DNA of 64,000 nucleotides from Octopus vulgaris (GCA_951406725.2 OX597818.1:67022001-67086000), one strand, 5' to 3'. Shown: positions 42,053 to 57,225, counted from the first letter of the stretch. Notes: generated by a model from the letters alone, not told the origin. Numbers and translations: made by a program.

Positions 42053-43098
42053 AGACCACAAGCATAGTGAAATGTCTGTATAATAGTTTGCGGTTTGTCC
42101 AAATTTTTTATGCATAGCAATAAATGAATACGTGGTGCGCGTATTTTACGCTGAAATTCTGAAGAATATTTTCTTTATAATAATCCATCACTCGCCGCCT
42201 TTCATTCAGAGGTTTTTCATTGACTAATTGGCTAATATGTGCGTGTTTTGTTCATTATCATTGGCGTAATAACTATCCCTAGAGACAGCAAATTAACTTT
42301 CACAACACGATTTCATAAGAAAAGAAGCTACAACAGCAACAGGTGAAACGAAATCATGCGCCCACAGAAGTACGTGGAGTGCACTGCGTATTCTCTCAAA
42401 CAGTGTATTTCCAATAGTCTGTCCTCTTTCAGAGTCCGGTAAAGGGACTGAAAATTACGAGTTAAGGAAATTCAATACTCAATCGCATAGAAAATGCTTC
42501 GGAACCCATGTCCCTACATAAACGGTACGATACGGTGCAAGTTATGAATTGCCGAACGCACAAGGATTCTCAAAGTGTCGGTCATGCCAGGGGGCATCCA
42601 GAAACCCAGGATGGAGATCTTCAAACCATGCCTGTAATTAAGGGAACTCGTGCTGGAGGCACCACAACCGGAAAACAATACCCAAGACCGAACGGAAATA
42701 TCGTTTACTTTCTTGATGCTTTCGGGACCAGAAGATAGCATCGAGGCGGAAGATCGAGGGACAATGTCAAAGTAAGATAACCACCTAGGGTTTTACTCTT
42801 TGAAAACGAGGCTTCTCACCCTACATAATTTAAACATTGTTTGGGGTCTGAACATACGCCGTATGTCTAAACCCCGTATGAAAGAGAAACCAAGCCCCCC
42901 CCCCGACCAGCCTGCCCCAATATTATGATAACTGCTCTTCTCCGGATTTATGTGTTCACGTGCCTATCGTCCTGATTTATGTATTTCTACAAAAAATCCT
43001 CTACACACAGTAAATATTTAATATAGCGTCGAATGCTATTTCCTGTAAATATTCGTTCCTTGTTTTTACCACTATTCTCTCTCCCCCTCTCTCTCTCT

Positions 43099-43159
<61 letters not shown>

Positions 43160-43291
43160 TGTAAGTATATATATGTATATTTACTTATATGTACACATAA
43201 ACACATAAAATATGTATATATGTATATATATATATATATATTTGTATATGTATGTATATCTATCTATGTATCTATCTCTCTCTCTCTCTCT

Positions 43292-43345
<54 letters not shown>

Positions 43346-44454
43346 CTGTATGATATAAGGATATTGATTTTTTTATGAAATATTACAAATAACGTATAAG
43401 TTTTTAACGCCGTAAGAGAAATGGCAGATGACAAAAACCTAGATATGTTTCAATTCAATACCTTTGGTGATTAGTACTTCTAAGCATGTGGGTATGGTCA
43501 CATTTCTAAGAATTTGTCATTAGTTTCGACTGTCGTGGGCAGAATCTCAGGGCGTTATGAACCTCTGACTCAAATGTTAACATATATCTTGAAATGATGC
43601 AGAAGAATTACTTATATGTTTAACAAGTTTCATCATATATATTATGCGTGTGACTTTAACTCGTGAGTTATAGATGTGAGTAAAGATAAAAGAAAATAAT
43701 AATAAAAATAATATTATCAGCTTGCGTACACACTCCTAAATATCTGTATTATAAATATCATAAATCATCCTTTAATTATTGATATCACGAATGTTTTGGC
43801 TTTTTATTAACCATAAATATTTTTAGTAAATTTGAAACTGAATTAATTAGATTCTTATTATAACCAGCATTGATATCTATAATTTTATACAATATAAAAT
43901 ATATATCTTGCCTAAATAGACTTATTTCTAACATATTCGTAATGTATATAAATTGTTATGTTCCAACAATCATTCAATTTCTATTCTTTCGTAATATCTA
44001 AAAATGATATCGCCTTACCTGTAAATTCATTGCAGGTGCGTTATTTCTTTCTTATATTCACAGAGTAAATTAAATTATATTAAAATTCATATTTGTTAAA
44101 TTATCTTTAAATACCAACACTTGCTATCACTATTAATAGTTCTGATATTAGCAAAAAAGAAAAAGAGCTACCGATAATAAATACAAATAGTGCGTTTCTT
44201 CTTCATATAGCGTAATAGGCTCTACCTACATATAACAAAATCTCAATATATACTCTCATGTATTCAAGTAGTGGACGTTGTGGTTGAGTTGGTTGTGGTG
44301 TTGGTGGGGACAAACACATACAAAAAGACACAGACACCAAGATACACAAACACACACACATATGAATGATATATTTCTAATATAGATAGAGTGATGATAC
44401 GCTGTCAACTTAATGTGATAGTCCCATGAAAGGGACGAATGCTACTGTTATTTA

Positions 44455-45553
44455 GTCCTAGTGAATATAGTGGATGATATCGACTTCCTTCTTGTTTTTG
44501 TAATATGCACCATAAATGTTCAATAATATTGAGATCTGGGGGCTGTGGTGGCCAGATACGATGTTCAGCTTCACTAGAAGTTTCTTCGTACCATTCAGTA
44601 CCAACTTTAGCTGTGTGAATTACTGCATTGTCTTCCTGAAAGATTACGTTTTCCCCCCGGGAACAGTTCCGCAACGATAATATGAATTTGATCAGATAAA
44701 ATGCTTAAATAGTCTTGATTATTAATTCTGCCATGGAGGGAAACCTTTGGGCCGGTAGAGTTCCAAGATATAGCCCGCCACGAGATCACCACATATCTTC
44801 CTCCATGGTTAACAGTTGCAATAAGGCAGTCCGGGTCAAATGCTTCTTTTGGCTACCCACACGTATACTCGGCCAATGGTCGGAAATAAGGTAAAGGATG
44901 ACTCGAAAATAACATACTTCCACTGCACTAGGGACCAATTTTGTATGTTTTTACTCCTCTCTAAACGCTTTGCAACGTTTGTTTTTGAAAGTAGTGTTGT
45001 TTTCTTCTCATTGAAACCCTGCCATGAAATCTGGTTTTGTGCAGCTCGCGGCAAACAGCTGTTGGGGAAACTGGGTTCTGAAGGTGGTCAATAATGTCTG
45101 CAGTCATTTTGAGAACTGTACTTTTGTGATCCTTTCTAACAATTCGCGTAAGTGTCCGACGGGCCCTATCTGAAAGTTTTCGTTTTCTTCTGGAGTTTTG
45201 TTGTTTCGACGAGGAGGTTTTTCCCACTTTCTCAAAGGCAGTCATTACTTTCGAGACAGCACTTCTTTGATACACCAAACATTTTCGCTGCTTTCATTAC
45301 GCTAATGCCAGTCATACGAGCACCAACAAATTGACCTCTTTGAAAATCCGATAGATCTGTCATTTTAATGAATTTTAATTACCCTTATCTGATGATATCT
45401 AAAGAGAAATAGCAATTTTAGCAAAATATATAAAACTACACTAACAATAAATAAAAAAAACATAAAAATAAGCAAGACTTTGACGGTTTTATAGATATTT
45501 CCGAATTATGATACTATGATGTTAGGTGTTGCTATTAATTTGTCCAAGCCCTG
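44455..45553 (-). mobile_element. Decayed Tc1-like element with DD36E spacing
   Basis: Left TIR cagggcttggacaaattaatagcaacacc. Frameshifted ORF pieces read AVSKVMTAFEKVGKTSS...KLSDR, WKYVIF.ESSFTLF, ISW.STGP, and FQEDNAVIHTAK...WPPQPPDLNIIEHLW (36 aa between D and E). 3' end missing. Confidence 0.88.
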
Positions 45554-45559
45554 TGTGTG

Positions 45560-45593
<34 letters not shown>

Positions 45594-47439
45594 GAACATT
45601 ACACATGTGAAACATAATATCATATACATATCTTATGGCTGACTTGTACCATATAAGGTTATGTGTATGGTATATCGTTCGGTACTAAATATTGCGCTAG
45701 ATATTCTTCATTTACTGTCCAATGCTTATTCATTGAAAGATTCCATAAAGTCCTATATAATATTGTATGTTTGCTATCGATTTCTTCTAGAATGCTGCCG
45801 GGGATAATACTTCTGTTCTCCTCAATTGCTTTGCGTATTAATATGTCAAGAAGAAATAGAGTGATGTGATAATTGATGTACTAGTTTAATACCTAGCTAT
45901 TAGTGCAGTCCAATATTGATCAGCGATACCACTTAATGCCCAATTGATCTCTAGCGATATTCAATGATTTGGTTTTATATGATAATTATTCAGTCCACTG
46001 TAAAATCAAGTTACCTCTTTGGAATAGAACTGTGTCTATTGATTCATAACAAGCTAATAAAAATGCAATGTAGCTAGTGAATACTGCAGTTACGTTTATT
46101 TCTTCTTTTTTTGCAATTTCATGCTGTGTTTTCACAAATCCCCCATATCATGAAAATAACATAGATTTTAACTCACATGTACTCAAAATATTTTAGTAAT
46201 TTATGCGAGATCTTTTGACAACCATTCACTGAACATGTAACAAGAGCACGTACTATTTTTCTGATTGCGATAATATGACTAATGCATTACTCTTTTGCTA
46301 CAAGAGAAAGCAATCGGTGATGAAAATAGTTTCGGCATTCAAAAGCAAACACAATGCAGGGCGAAGGCTGAAGTAACTATTCAAGTAAACATTATAGGAG
46401 AAATTGCCACTAAATATTCATCAAATGTAATTCTAAAATCTCCGAAAATTACCGAAGTAGCAAGACGAGGGAAAACATAAATAAGTGTTATACTCAATCA
46501 ATGAGATCAGGAAAATAGCACAACTGCTTTTAGATGTTCTTCAACAAATCTTGAAATATTTCCCTCCCATTATAACTATTGAATCCCATGATATATCCCA
46601 AATAGAAAAGGTTCCTGTGGAATTCTTATTGCAAAATGTGACACAGAATAAAGTATAATTATATTACATGGCTAATATTATCCACATGAAATGACCACCA
46701 TCAAACTGAATGATATATATCGTACACAATTTCGTGTGTATGTCAGAATGCCAGAATGAATGTAACGGTAAGAAATATGAAGTAAACAGCACAATACGTG
46801 TATACCATTGTGTAGTGATACCAAAGATGAAAATGAAATACATATCAGGTGTTTTGTCCAACGTAGCATCTGCAGAAATAATTTAATATATTGCAAATTC
46901 TCGAAATGAGAGACTTAATCGTTACTGCAGTAGACCACACGTGTTAATCGACAGCAAATATCTCATCGTCAAAAAAAGGTTTCACGCATAACCTATAATT
47001 TTTCTCCTGTATGACAGTGCGGTGTTCATTATCCACCGCAGAAAGTTTGAACATGCTCTCTTCGCATGTACGTTCAACTAGTTGCACCTTCCATTAAAAT
47101 TTCCCCCTCTAAGGATCTGCAAGAAACTGCAAACTTATTCCTCGCCAAACCGTGGAAGGCGACTTCAAATTTGACGTTTGTTACTTCAAAATACATTCCG
47201 ATATTCAGGCTTTGCTTGTTCAGAAAAATGAAATTCCTTTTAAAATCCATTTTCGATGGTAAAGTCGAAGATATTTTTTCAGGGATAGAAGACATAGATA
47301 TTTTCAAAAGATGCTCACGTCACCTTTGACAAGAATAAAACACAACCTATGATTCTTATTCACATGAATCCCCAGTCAAATGCATGATGCAAACTTCACA
47401 ACAGAATTTAACAATATTTTCTCCTTGGTTAGAATGGCG

Positions 47440-47730
47440 TGACTGTCTTAGAACTTGTTGATCCCATAATTTAGTCCAATTCGACTATCATCTGTTCTCC
47501 AACATGAAAAACCACTTAGCTGGGGACCAGAATCGCAGTGGTGATGACTTCAAATCTGTTGTTTATGGTATGTTTGAAAATCAGTATTAAAGCTTCTTCA
47601 CCGAAGGGATCGGAGCACTGTAACACCGATAAAAGAAATATGTGGAGCAAAACGGGGCCAAAGTTGAAAAATAAACCTCATTTGCTTAAATACTGTCTTA
47701 GTCAGATCATGAAACGCTCAGCCCCCCCCC
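47440..47730 (+). pseudogene. Mariner transposase C-terminal relic
   Basis: DYHLFSNMKNHLAG...FFTEGIGAL*HR*KKYVEQNGAKVEK*, the typical mariner C-terminus. Confidence 0.7.
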
Positions 47731-47844
47731 CCACACACACACATGTAGTTGAAATTCATGGACAATCAACACACGAAGACGGGTGCTTGAATAACTAGCA
47801 AGCGCTTGACTCTCGGAAAACATAGATGTATGTACATACATACA

Positions 47845-47899
<55 letters not shown>

Positions 47900-48114
47900 T
47901 TATACATATACATATAGGCACAACGTGACACTGAATCGGAAATACTCGTAACACTAACGCTTGCCTATTCAGTGGATTGGAGCAACTTATAATACACGAC
48001 GCAGCATCGTGTATCAAACTCACAACCTTAAGGTCATATCTCTTTCTGTTTCTGTCTATCGTCCTACCTATGTATCGTTTTCTGTGCGTGCCTCATTCTT
48101 GTTCTCTATCTATC

Positions 48115-48148
<34 letters not shown>

Positions 48149-48165
48149 AATCTCTCTATCTATTA

Positions 48166-48249
<84 letters not shown>

Positions 48250-49577
48250 CATGTATATAAGGGCATGAGCTCATACCTATATTAGAGGTGTTTCTGTATG
48301 AGTATTATTGTCTGAATTTGCATTAAGATATTCCATCAACAAAATTATTTTCCTTCATGTAGAATCTTATATACATGATAAGAGGAAAAGTTTAGTAATG
48401 GATGTATGTGCACTATTATCAATTGCTGGTAACGATTTTCTAAATTCACAGTAATTACTTTGTTATATAGGCAGTTTTATCACCGCACAAACACATAATC
48501 ATACTCTAAATTATCTCTTTCGTTTCCCGTGTGCCGGAGTCGGTATCAAAATTCTTCAGTGAGGTTTGGAATGTGTATTTAGAATATGGATGAAATGGAG
48601 GCCACAAAATATCAAATGGACTTCATAATATATAATCACAGGCAATAAATATTAATCGCATTGTCCAGCCCCATCGACTGCATTTTTAGAATGGATTCGA
48701 TCTTCAGTGTCATCGCATGTTTACCTAGCAAAATTGAAGTTCTCCCAGTACTAAGGATCTAATATTTATGGGTAAAATATTTAAGATGGCTTCATTGGTT
48801 GAATTCGTTTGTTTAGATAGCACGTGTGGGTAATTATTATTTTTTATTGACATGTTGCTACATAGAATGGAAAGAAAACATTGCATTTCAGAACAATTTT
48901 ACTGGATGGGAAAAAATCGAAATACTTCTCTTCAAGAGTGAGACCAAATAGAAATTTCTGCAAAATCCTCAACGAATTATTTGATCAGTGTTCTTACCAA
49001 AGATTATTGGAAATATCTCACGTTTCAAAGTTTAATATATTTAACGTTGTTGAAATGTTTTGTATTTCCTGGGATTTTGAAAGAAAACAAGAATTAATAA
49101 TTCTCATTTCATGAGAGTTTTCATAAATATAATTTCTTTCTATCTAGTTCCCTGCGGAATATTATATACTATCTTCTTACATCTTACTCTGTGGGAGAAA
49201 TTTTTCCTACCATGCCTCTCCATTGATATTTGCTTCACACTTGGCAAATATCCTTATTTGCATTTATTTCGTCTACTTTTTCCTTTTGTTAATTTTTTTT
49301 TTCACCATTTTCTGTTTGCAATTGTAAGACATTCCAATCCACGTCTAATTAATTAAATTCTTTTCCATATTTTCCCTTCAAGATTTCTTTAATTAGTTAT
49401 CTTATTTTAATATGAGTGAGTTTAATGACATTTCTTCCTGGGGCTGTTTTCTAATCTAGATACATTAACTACTCATGGAATACTGCTATTGTTTTTCTTC
49501 GGCAGCTTCCAGATTTCCTTTCCATCAATTCTGCTACTGTTCTTCTTTGATGTTTTTAGTCTCTTTGTTCTTCTTCC

Positions 49578-49753
49578 TATCATCATCATCATCATCATCA
49601 TCGTCATCATCATCAACAACATTATTATTATTAATATTATTATCATCATTATCATCACTATTATTATTAATATTATTATTATCATCATCATCCTTATCAT
49701 CACTATTATTATTATTATTATTAATATCATTATTATTATTATTATTATTATTA

Positions 49754-49800
<47 letters not shown>

Positions 49801-49840
49801 ATCATTATTATTAATATCATTATTATTATTATTATTAATA

Positions 49841-49892
<52 letters not shown>

Positions 49893-49957
49893 CATCACTA
49901 TTATTATTAATATTATTATTATTATTATCATCCTTATCATCACTATTATTATTATTA

Positions 49958-50028
<71 letters not shown>

Positions 50029-50104
50029 ATCATTATTATTAATATCATTATTATTATTATTATTATTAATATCATTATTATTATTATTATTATTATTATT
50101 AATA

Positions 50105-50138
<34 letters not shown>

Positions 50139-50189
50139 CATCACTATTATTATTAATATTATTATTATTATCATCATCCTTATCATCAA

Positions 50190-50262
<73 letters not shown>

Positions 50263-50305
50263 ATCATTATTATTAATATAATTATTATTATTATTATTAT
50301 TAATA

Positions 50306-50336
<31 letters not shown>

Positions 50337-50360
50337 CATTATTATTATTATTATTATTAT
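49578..50360. repeat. Long interrupted (ATT)n microsatellite with (CAT) start
   Basis: About 780 bp with recurring interruptions (aatatc, atcatcact, atcctt). Explains the poly-I/L ORFs. Confidence 0.95.
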
Positions 50361-50995
50361 CTCGTTGATTTCTGTTTTGCTATCGATGTTTCTCTTATGT
50401 TAGCGTTTATTGATGGATTCGTGTTTGCTTGTGAAATGTTGGTTGCACCAGGATTTATTACGGAAGAGGCGTTTGTTTTATTGGTTGTCTTTTCGTAAAC
50501 AAGGGAGATGGGGTTTGGTACAAGTAGAAGATAGAAGATGTTAAGTTTAAGGTGTTATGCTACTTGTAAATGTTTGCCATTTCTTCTGTAGTGGAAATTG
50601 TTCGGTGAGTTACGAGATAGCATTTTGCTTTCGAATTAAAATGTTTTGCCATGTTTAATTCTAACATTTATTCACCTGATAAACAAATTTTTGGCATGAT
50701 GTAATAATTATATTTAACAATAAAAAATGCGCCTGAAACAGCTGTAGCGAGCCGCAATCCATCTTTTGTTATTCGTTTATTATTTACCATACTTGAAACC
50801 TTCGCGTAGATATGAAATCTATTGCGTGCTGTACAGTTTGGGCAGCATTTGTACTCATAATGTAGCGATGAGGTGGACGTTACTCATTCTCTATAGAACT
50901 ATAATGTAAGTCCGTACTTACTTATTTGTTGTCCATTGTACTCCATGTCGATCTCAGTCCCCGGACCTTATTGTTTTACTATTTAAGGACTTAAC
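50361..50995 (+). mobile_element. PLE-like non-coding fragment with decayed hammerhead
   Basis: 50671-50751: ttcac-CTGATAA-acaaattttt...aaaaaatgcgcct-GAAA-cagctg-TA-gcgag (palindromic CAGCTG). Bounded by (ATT)n and (TA)n. Confidence 0.5.
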
Positions 50996-51072
<77 letters not shown>

Positions 51073-51105
51073 CCAAGTATATATATATAACCAAATCCAA
51101 AAACG

Positions 51106-51166
<61 letters not shown>

Positions 51167-51167
51167 G

Positions 51168-51895
51168 TAGATAAACTTAGATATATTTCGACCAAATATT
51201 GGTCCAGGCCATGTCTAACTTAATAGCACCACCTGATAGGATTATCTGAATCCTGTTTAAGTCAAGTTTTGTTTATGGTCCATTCAAGTAGTGAGTTTTT
51301 GTTGGGTGAGTTGTATCCAATTATGGGTCGCTTATCTGGTATTCCTTGAAGGAATCTATCCAGACTCCGTTTAAAGTTGATGGGATCCTTTCCTTTTTGA
51401 TCTCTTTCGGGATAAAGTTAAATAGGGCAGGGCCTGTTGAGGAAATGAAATTATGTTGCAGTGTACACGTATGCTGTGATCTTGAATTGGGCAGGGGACG
51501 TATGGGCCGTGGTCCCAGTCTTGGATGAACCTTGAAGCTAATGTTCAGGTCATTTGGGCAAAGTTGGCGGTATATTCTCCACATCGTACAAATGATGTAC
51601 CGCTCACTTCGACGCTGGAGAGAGTAGAGTTTCAAGGCTTTAAGGTTATCCCAATAATCGAGAGCAGCCATGCCTTCAATTCGTTTAGTGAGTGCCCTCT
51701 GGGGTGATTCAATCCTCGAGTTGTCTTGTGTTGTATGGGGAGAACACAGTGGGCAGCGGTATTCGAGGTGTGGCCGTACGAAGGAGGAGAAAAGTGGTAT
51801 GATGACACCTCGATCTCTGGACCGGAAAGTTCTTAAGATCCAGGAACTCATCCTACGAGCTATATCGACCTTATTGTTGATGTGTGCATTCCAAA
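51168..51895 (-). mobile_element. CR1-group LINE 3' fragment, related subfamily of 25130-25821
   Basis: WILRTFRSRD...RPHLEYRCPLCSP...LKLYSLQRR. The 3' UTR block ccaggccatgtctaacttaatagcaccacctg is identical to the 25130 copy. Confidence 0.88.
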
Positions 51896-52383
51896 AGTTG
51901 ATGTGTGCACTCTATATATATAATAATTCTTTTCAGAATGAGATAAAAAACCAAGATCTTCACAGCCTTCGTTTTTTATCTCATTCGGAAAAAAGTTTAT
52001 ATATACACATGCAGATATATGACCCACATTGGACTCCTAATTAAAATAATCCTAATTTCTCACTTTAACTGTTTCCCTTTCATTTTTTCTTTCATGTTGT
52101 CTTTTTCATCTTTCTGCTTCTCCCTGCATCTCTCGCTCTTTCTCCATCTTTCTCTTATTCTAAACAAAACGAAACAAGATCCTCTTTTCCATTTGTATAT
52201 AAGGGAATGAAATCTTCTGTACAAAATATCTGAAGAATCCTATTGAACTGATGAAAGCGCTATTAAACAAGTTGCCAAAATTCTGCTTGCATCCGTTTTC
52301 TTAATATACTATAACTGTACATAATTTTAAACACTCTAAACACAGACACACACACGCAGATATATATATTATATAATATATGT

Positions 52384-52414
<31 letters not shown>

Positions 52415-52452
52415 GGTAAGCGTGTGAATTTGTTTGTTTGTGTGTTTAGGTG

Positions 52453-52840
52453 TACGAAGGGAAACCCAGAAGTAAACGGAAGCGTTCCCTGTGGGCCAAG
52501 CCCTTTGCAGTTCAAATTTCCGACGCTAGAAGCCACTTCATGCGACCGTCATTCATCAGTATGCCGACCGGCATCGGCGAGTGTATTCTTTGCTTCGCAG
52601 TGTTATTTTTACAAAGGTCATAACCGGTGACGAAACCTGTTGCTACGAAAGTAGCAGACATGGAAGAGGTTTTGCAAAAAACGGCGGGGGCGGGAAAATA
52701 CATCACTTCGCAAGAGCGCCAGCATTGCCTCGAACATTGCTTGAAATGGAGAATACGTCGAAGTCAATAAAAGTGTAAACGTATAAAACTGAGTAAAAAA
52801 AGGTAGCAAAATTCCTGTTTCTTTGCGGTACCCCCTCGTA
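52453..52840 (+). mobile_element. Internally deleted mariner-like element
   Basis: TIRs ta-cgaagggaaacccagaag / ctttgcggtaccccctcg-ta. Interior reads KVITGDETCCY. Related to 33076-33827. Confidence 0.75.
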
Positions 52841-55800
52841 GAGTTCTGTGTAGCTGACAGAACAAACTTATGGATCAGACAATCAGATGCGATTATATAT
52901 GGTGCTGGTCAGAATGCGAAGTATTAAGACCCGTGGTTGGTAATGCCTTTCGTAGCAACGCCTCTGGTTTAACGACTTCCAAATATTGGTGGCCTTTACT
53001 GAGAATAATATCTGTAAAACCATCTGGAAGAGGAGGTCATGCTTTTTGTTTATTTGGATGTGTCTCGATCACGCAATACAAGGCTTCTTATGGAAGGAAG
53101 ATTTTAAGTAGGTGATGGTGAACGTAATTAGCAGAGACGGACATAACTTCTCCTTAGCAGCCACCTACGTTCCAATTGAGTAGGACCGCTAAATTACTTC
53201 TAGCTCTGATTCAAATTGTTAAGGAAGTTTCGCTCCTCAGTGCTAGTGAGTAAATGGAACGTCATTTCGAATATCACAGACGGTGTCGGGTCAGCAGTTA
53301 CGGCAGATGTACAAATATCTTTCAGTTCTTCTCCGATATTTCAATATGGACAAGGATAAATTTAAGCCATCCGAAGATGTCACAAATGTGTGTTTTCGAT
53401 GGTTAAAAATTTAGACTTGATATACTATAGCATAAACAGCACAACCAAATATGGTAGCATGAATATGGACAAAGAGATCGGATCTTCCATCGTATCTCTT
53501 CCAATTTTCCTCTACAGAAATGTAGATTAATCGACGAGTGGCCAAGGATGATGAAAATGAATGAAACAGGAAAATTAGTCCATATAAAGGAAAATCTAAC
53601 AAAACAAGAATATAAATGAATTTTAAGAAATCCAAATAGACAGTAATCAGTATACCTCAAAACATCGGCAATGGTTGCACCTAGTAATGTAAAGAGAACA
53701 ATGTAGCCCTGCAATCAACGTGATAGCAATAGCTGTAACCGGCAACCATGACCACAAAAGGAGGAGAGAACACAGAAAACAGACGTTTCATTTTTTAAAA
53801 AAAGCAACTTGAAATATTCTTTAATCAAAGACCCTTGAATGAAGCGGGAAAAACCCTCGGAAATTCTTTATCAGTGTGAAACAACTATGCTAAGATGTGG
53901 GTATAGCACAGGTAGTAAAACAAGAATTGGCCACATCTAGTCTATATATTCTAATGATGGACATCTAACATAATACTAAAGCCACAATGTGGTTTTCAGA
54001 TTCATAATGAAAGAACGAATATTTACGCGTTCCATCAAAATTATGTGCTTGGCATTCGTGCCTAGCTCTCTTTTCTATCTTGCACTAATAATATAATCAG
54101 TTGCTATTTAATTCTTGATCGATCTCGATCATCGAGATCAGCAAAAGTAAATCATTCAATCCCTGACCATCCTGCTATCGTTTCTATCTATTTGCCACAT
54201 GTGTTCATTTGTATTTTAAGAGAAGCAAGTGAATTGATGCACAGCTGATAAACCGAACACTTGAATGGACTTATTTGTTGTTTCTTAATATAGTTCTACT
54301 TTTAGAAACGTATTTTCTATCTTCCATTTCCTTTTTTATGAGAAATTATTAATATTTTATTATGCATTTATGCCCTAGACAAGTGATGAATTATTTTTCG
54401 CACAAAACATTACACGTTTGTTAATATTTTATAATGATTTAATATGATACTAATGCATTATTTTAAATTACTTTCATTTTCTCTCTTCTCATTGATGTCG
54501 TTTTAGATATATTTATGGGAATTTAAAACGTTTTCATTATATTATTTTTATATTTGAACACCTGTTCAACATGTATATTTAACATTAAAGAAACGTATTA
54601 AAATATTTTAGATCAATTTTGTTCCATGAGTGGGATGTTTGTCTAAAAACTGATGGCGAAATCATTAACACATCAGAAAACCTTTCCTTTATAAAACTAC
54701 TTAATGTGCAGTCAATACTTTAGTATAGTAGGAATGTAGACTTGTTATTTTATAGTCGTTGCGTTTATTTATCTTAGTCTGCCATTAGATTATTCATGTA
54801 CTTTGATTAATAAGGCGAAATCATAAATGAAGTGTTTTAAACTTTAAACAGATATCCAATATAAATATTTACGTGTCTGAATTCACAAAGGAAGGAAAAA
54901 AAAACATTCAGTAACGTTTGTCTCTTAAAGTTACAATGCTGTATAATATGGAATACTTGCAAAAGATTTCAAATTCAAGTCTAATTTTGCGGCTACATGA
55001 AAATAGCATCTGCTTCTTCTAATTGCAGTCAATTTTTGTTCAAATGGATTGTTATTATGCTTATCGTTATTAATATCCTCTTCATCCTCATAATAATGAT
55101 CATGATGATTATCTCCATCATAGGCGTCATCATCGTTGTTACCATCATCATAATCATCACCATCATTATAATCCTTAGAACCACCATCATCATGAAAGTT
55201 ATATGCAAATTATCAATGTGCGCGTATGTATTTTACTTCTGGATTTTACAGGTTTTTTTTTAAAGTTTGTTCTACTTCACAGAATTAAATAATAGCCCTG
55301 TGCATTATCCTCTCTGATTCGGGACAAAGATCAGCTCGATATGTAATCTTTAATCATTTTTTTTAATACTGTCTCTCTCAACCATGCGTATTTATCTCAC
55401 ATCGGACGTAAACATGGTTGTGTTATGTTTTTTGCCTTCGCCCTATGTTATCCACACGCCACCCACATTCACACTCAGCTATCGGTGAAGAACCGCTGTA
55501 AATTGCTCAGAACAGAATTGTCGATCAAACGCGTGATATTCTTACATCTGTTGCTTCTTTTAGCAATTAGATTATTTGCAATGAAAAGGCACAATGTACA
55601 TGCTATTTAGTTAGAATTACGGAATTTCTAATGTGCTTATTTTATCCTCTCTTTACACGAAATTCAAAAGGCATAAATGCAATGGGGGGTAAGAATAACA
55701 CAGCTCACGAAGTTATTTATTTGCTCCGAAATATGTGAGTGATAGAACGCATAAACGCATTTTGTATATTTTGTTTTTTTCTCTCTCAACTCATCGGAAA

Positions 55801-55879
55801 AGGAAAACTTCCTCATTTACACGTCTCTTCAGATTATTGACTCTTGTTTGTCACAGTGCATGGGCATAACAGAGTTACC

Positions 55880-55944
<65 letters not shown>

Positions 55945-56077
55945 AAATTAAGAGGAATGACCACAAAAGTGGACACCTAGTATGCTAAACATAGACGTCA
56001 AATCCCCATTATCACGAAGAGAAATATCAATTAATATAAATTTCTAATCTTATTACTTAATCTTATATATATAAACC

Positions 56078-56129
<52 letters not shown>

Positions 56130-56135
<6 letters not shown>

Positions 56136-56910
56136 GGTAGAAAATCTAGAGATATATTCTACTGGTTGCCAGTATGCGTAATAAAGTCAATAGACAACAT
56201 ATTTTTCATATAAATTAGGGTATATTTCTATACAAAGAAAAGGTAAACTTGACAGGACACCTTACATACTGAAAATGGTAGTTAAAATCCAAACCACGGA
56301 TAAGAGTATTTTCAAAGAGATTTAGAAAAACATTCAATAGTTACAAATTATAGTGGAGTATTAGCTACAAGCGCAGGTACAATCAGCAGCAGATAAAAAT
56401 TGCATACCACCGTTTTTCAAAGTTACGAAAAACTTTACTATGAAAATATGTAGTTGCGCTTGCGCGGTGGATTTGAATAACAAATATTATGCATATAGAT
56501 GAGACATGTGTGTCTTGAGAGTTCCACAAAAATACATCAAATACAGGGTCTTTACTGAAGAGACATGGATGGCAATTTATTTTATATGTTCATTGATGAC
56601 GAAACTCGAGTATGAGTAGTAACTATGGAAATGCTTTTGAAATTACTCTTATCCGTGATTTGGGCTTTAACTGTTCGTTTTAGCATGTAAGGTGTCCTGT
56701 CGAGGTCACCTCTTCTGTGTATAGAAATGTACACTAATTTATATGACAAATATGTTGTCTATTGACTTTTTTACACGTCGTTGCACGCCTCGCGCTTCGG
56801 CAGCTTCACTCTCACACACCCGCCGGCAGACGCCGCCGTTCTGTTCGTTCGTCCTCTCGCCAACGAACGTTCGGTTATTGACGTTAATCTAGATATAGAA
56901 ATGTACACTA
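56130..56910 (+). mobile_element. PLE pseudo-LTR-like element with inverted duplication and hammerhead
   Basis: ~56176-56322 is inverted at ~56630-56778. Flanked by (TA)n. HHR lies between the arms. Confidence 0.7.
56550..56616 (+). ncRNA. Type I hammerhead, canonical core
   Basis: cttta-CTGAAGA-gacatggatg...cattgatgac-GAAA-c(tcga)g-TA-tgag. Palindromic CTCGAG, GUA triplet, weak stem I. Confidence 0.7.
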
Positions 56911-56928
56911 ATATATATATATATATAT

Positions 56929-57120
56929 AGTTAATCCAAACAAGAAAACAAAAAAAAACACAGCAACGCTAGGACGTGGAACAAATAAAGTATTATTGGA
57001 CGCTCAGAAAAGAAGGGAAGGAGGGTTAACGTTTCGAGCGGAGCTCTTCGTCGGAAAAAAAGGAAAAGGAAAGATCCCGAGAAGGGAAGACAGGAAAAAA
57101 ATTGCTGGCGGTGCTCACCA
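56929..57120 (-). mobile_element. Short HHR-bearing element, CCGACGA family
   Basis: Minus 57024-57058: tttt-CCGACGA-A-gagc(tcc)gctc-GAAA-cg-TT-aac. In (TA)n. Confidence 0.7.
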
Positions 57121-57137
57121 TATATATGTTATATATA

Positions 57138-57225
<88 letters not shown>

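Noticed and set aside
42400-42960. GC-richer segment resembling a LINE 5' region
   Set aside because: No convincing endonuclease or RT motif could be read.
49473-50403. Poly-Ile/Leu ORFs of 268-304 aa
   Set aside because: (ATT)n microsatellite artefact.
52860-53400. Possible decayed LINE ORF1 on the minus strand (PPLPDG..IIL)
   Set aside because: Too degenerate to support without a profile search.
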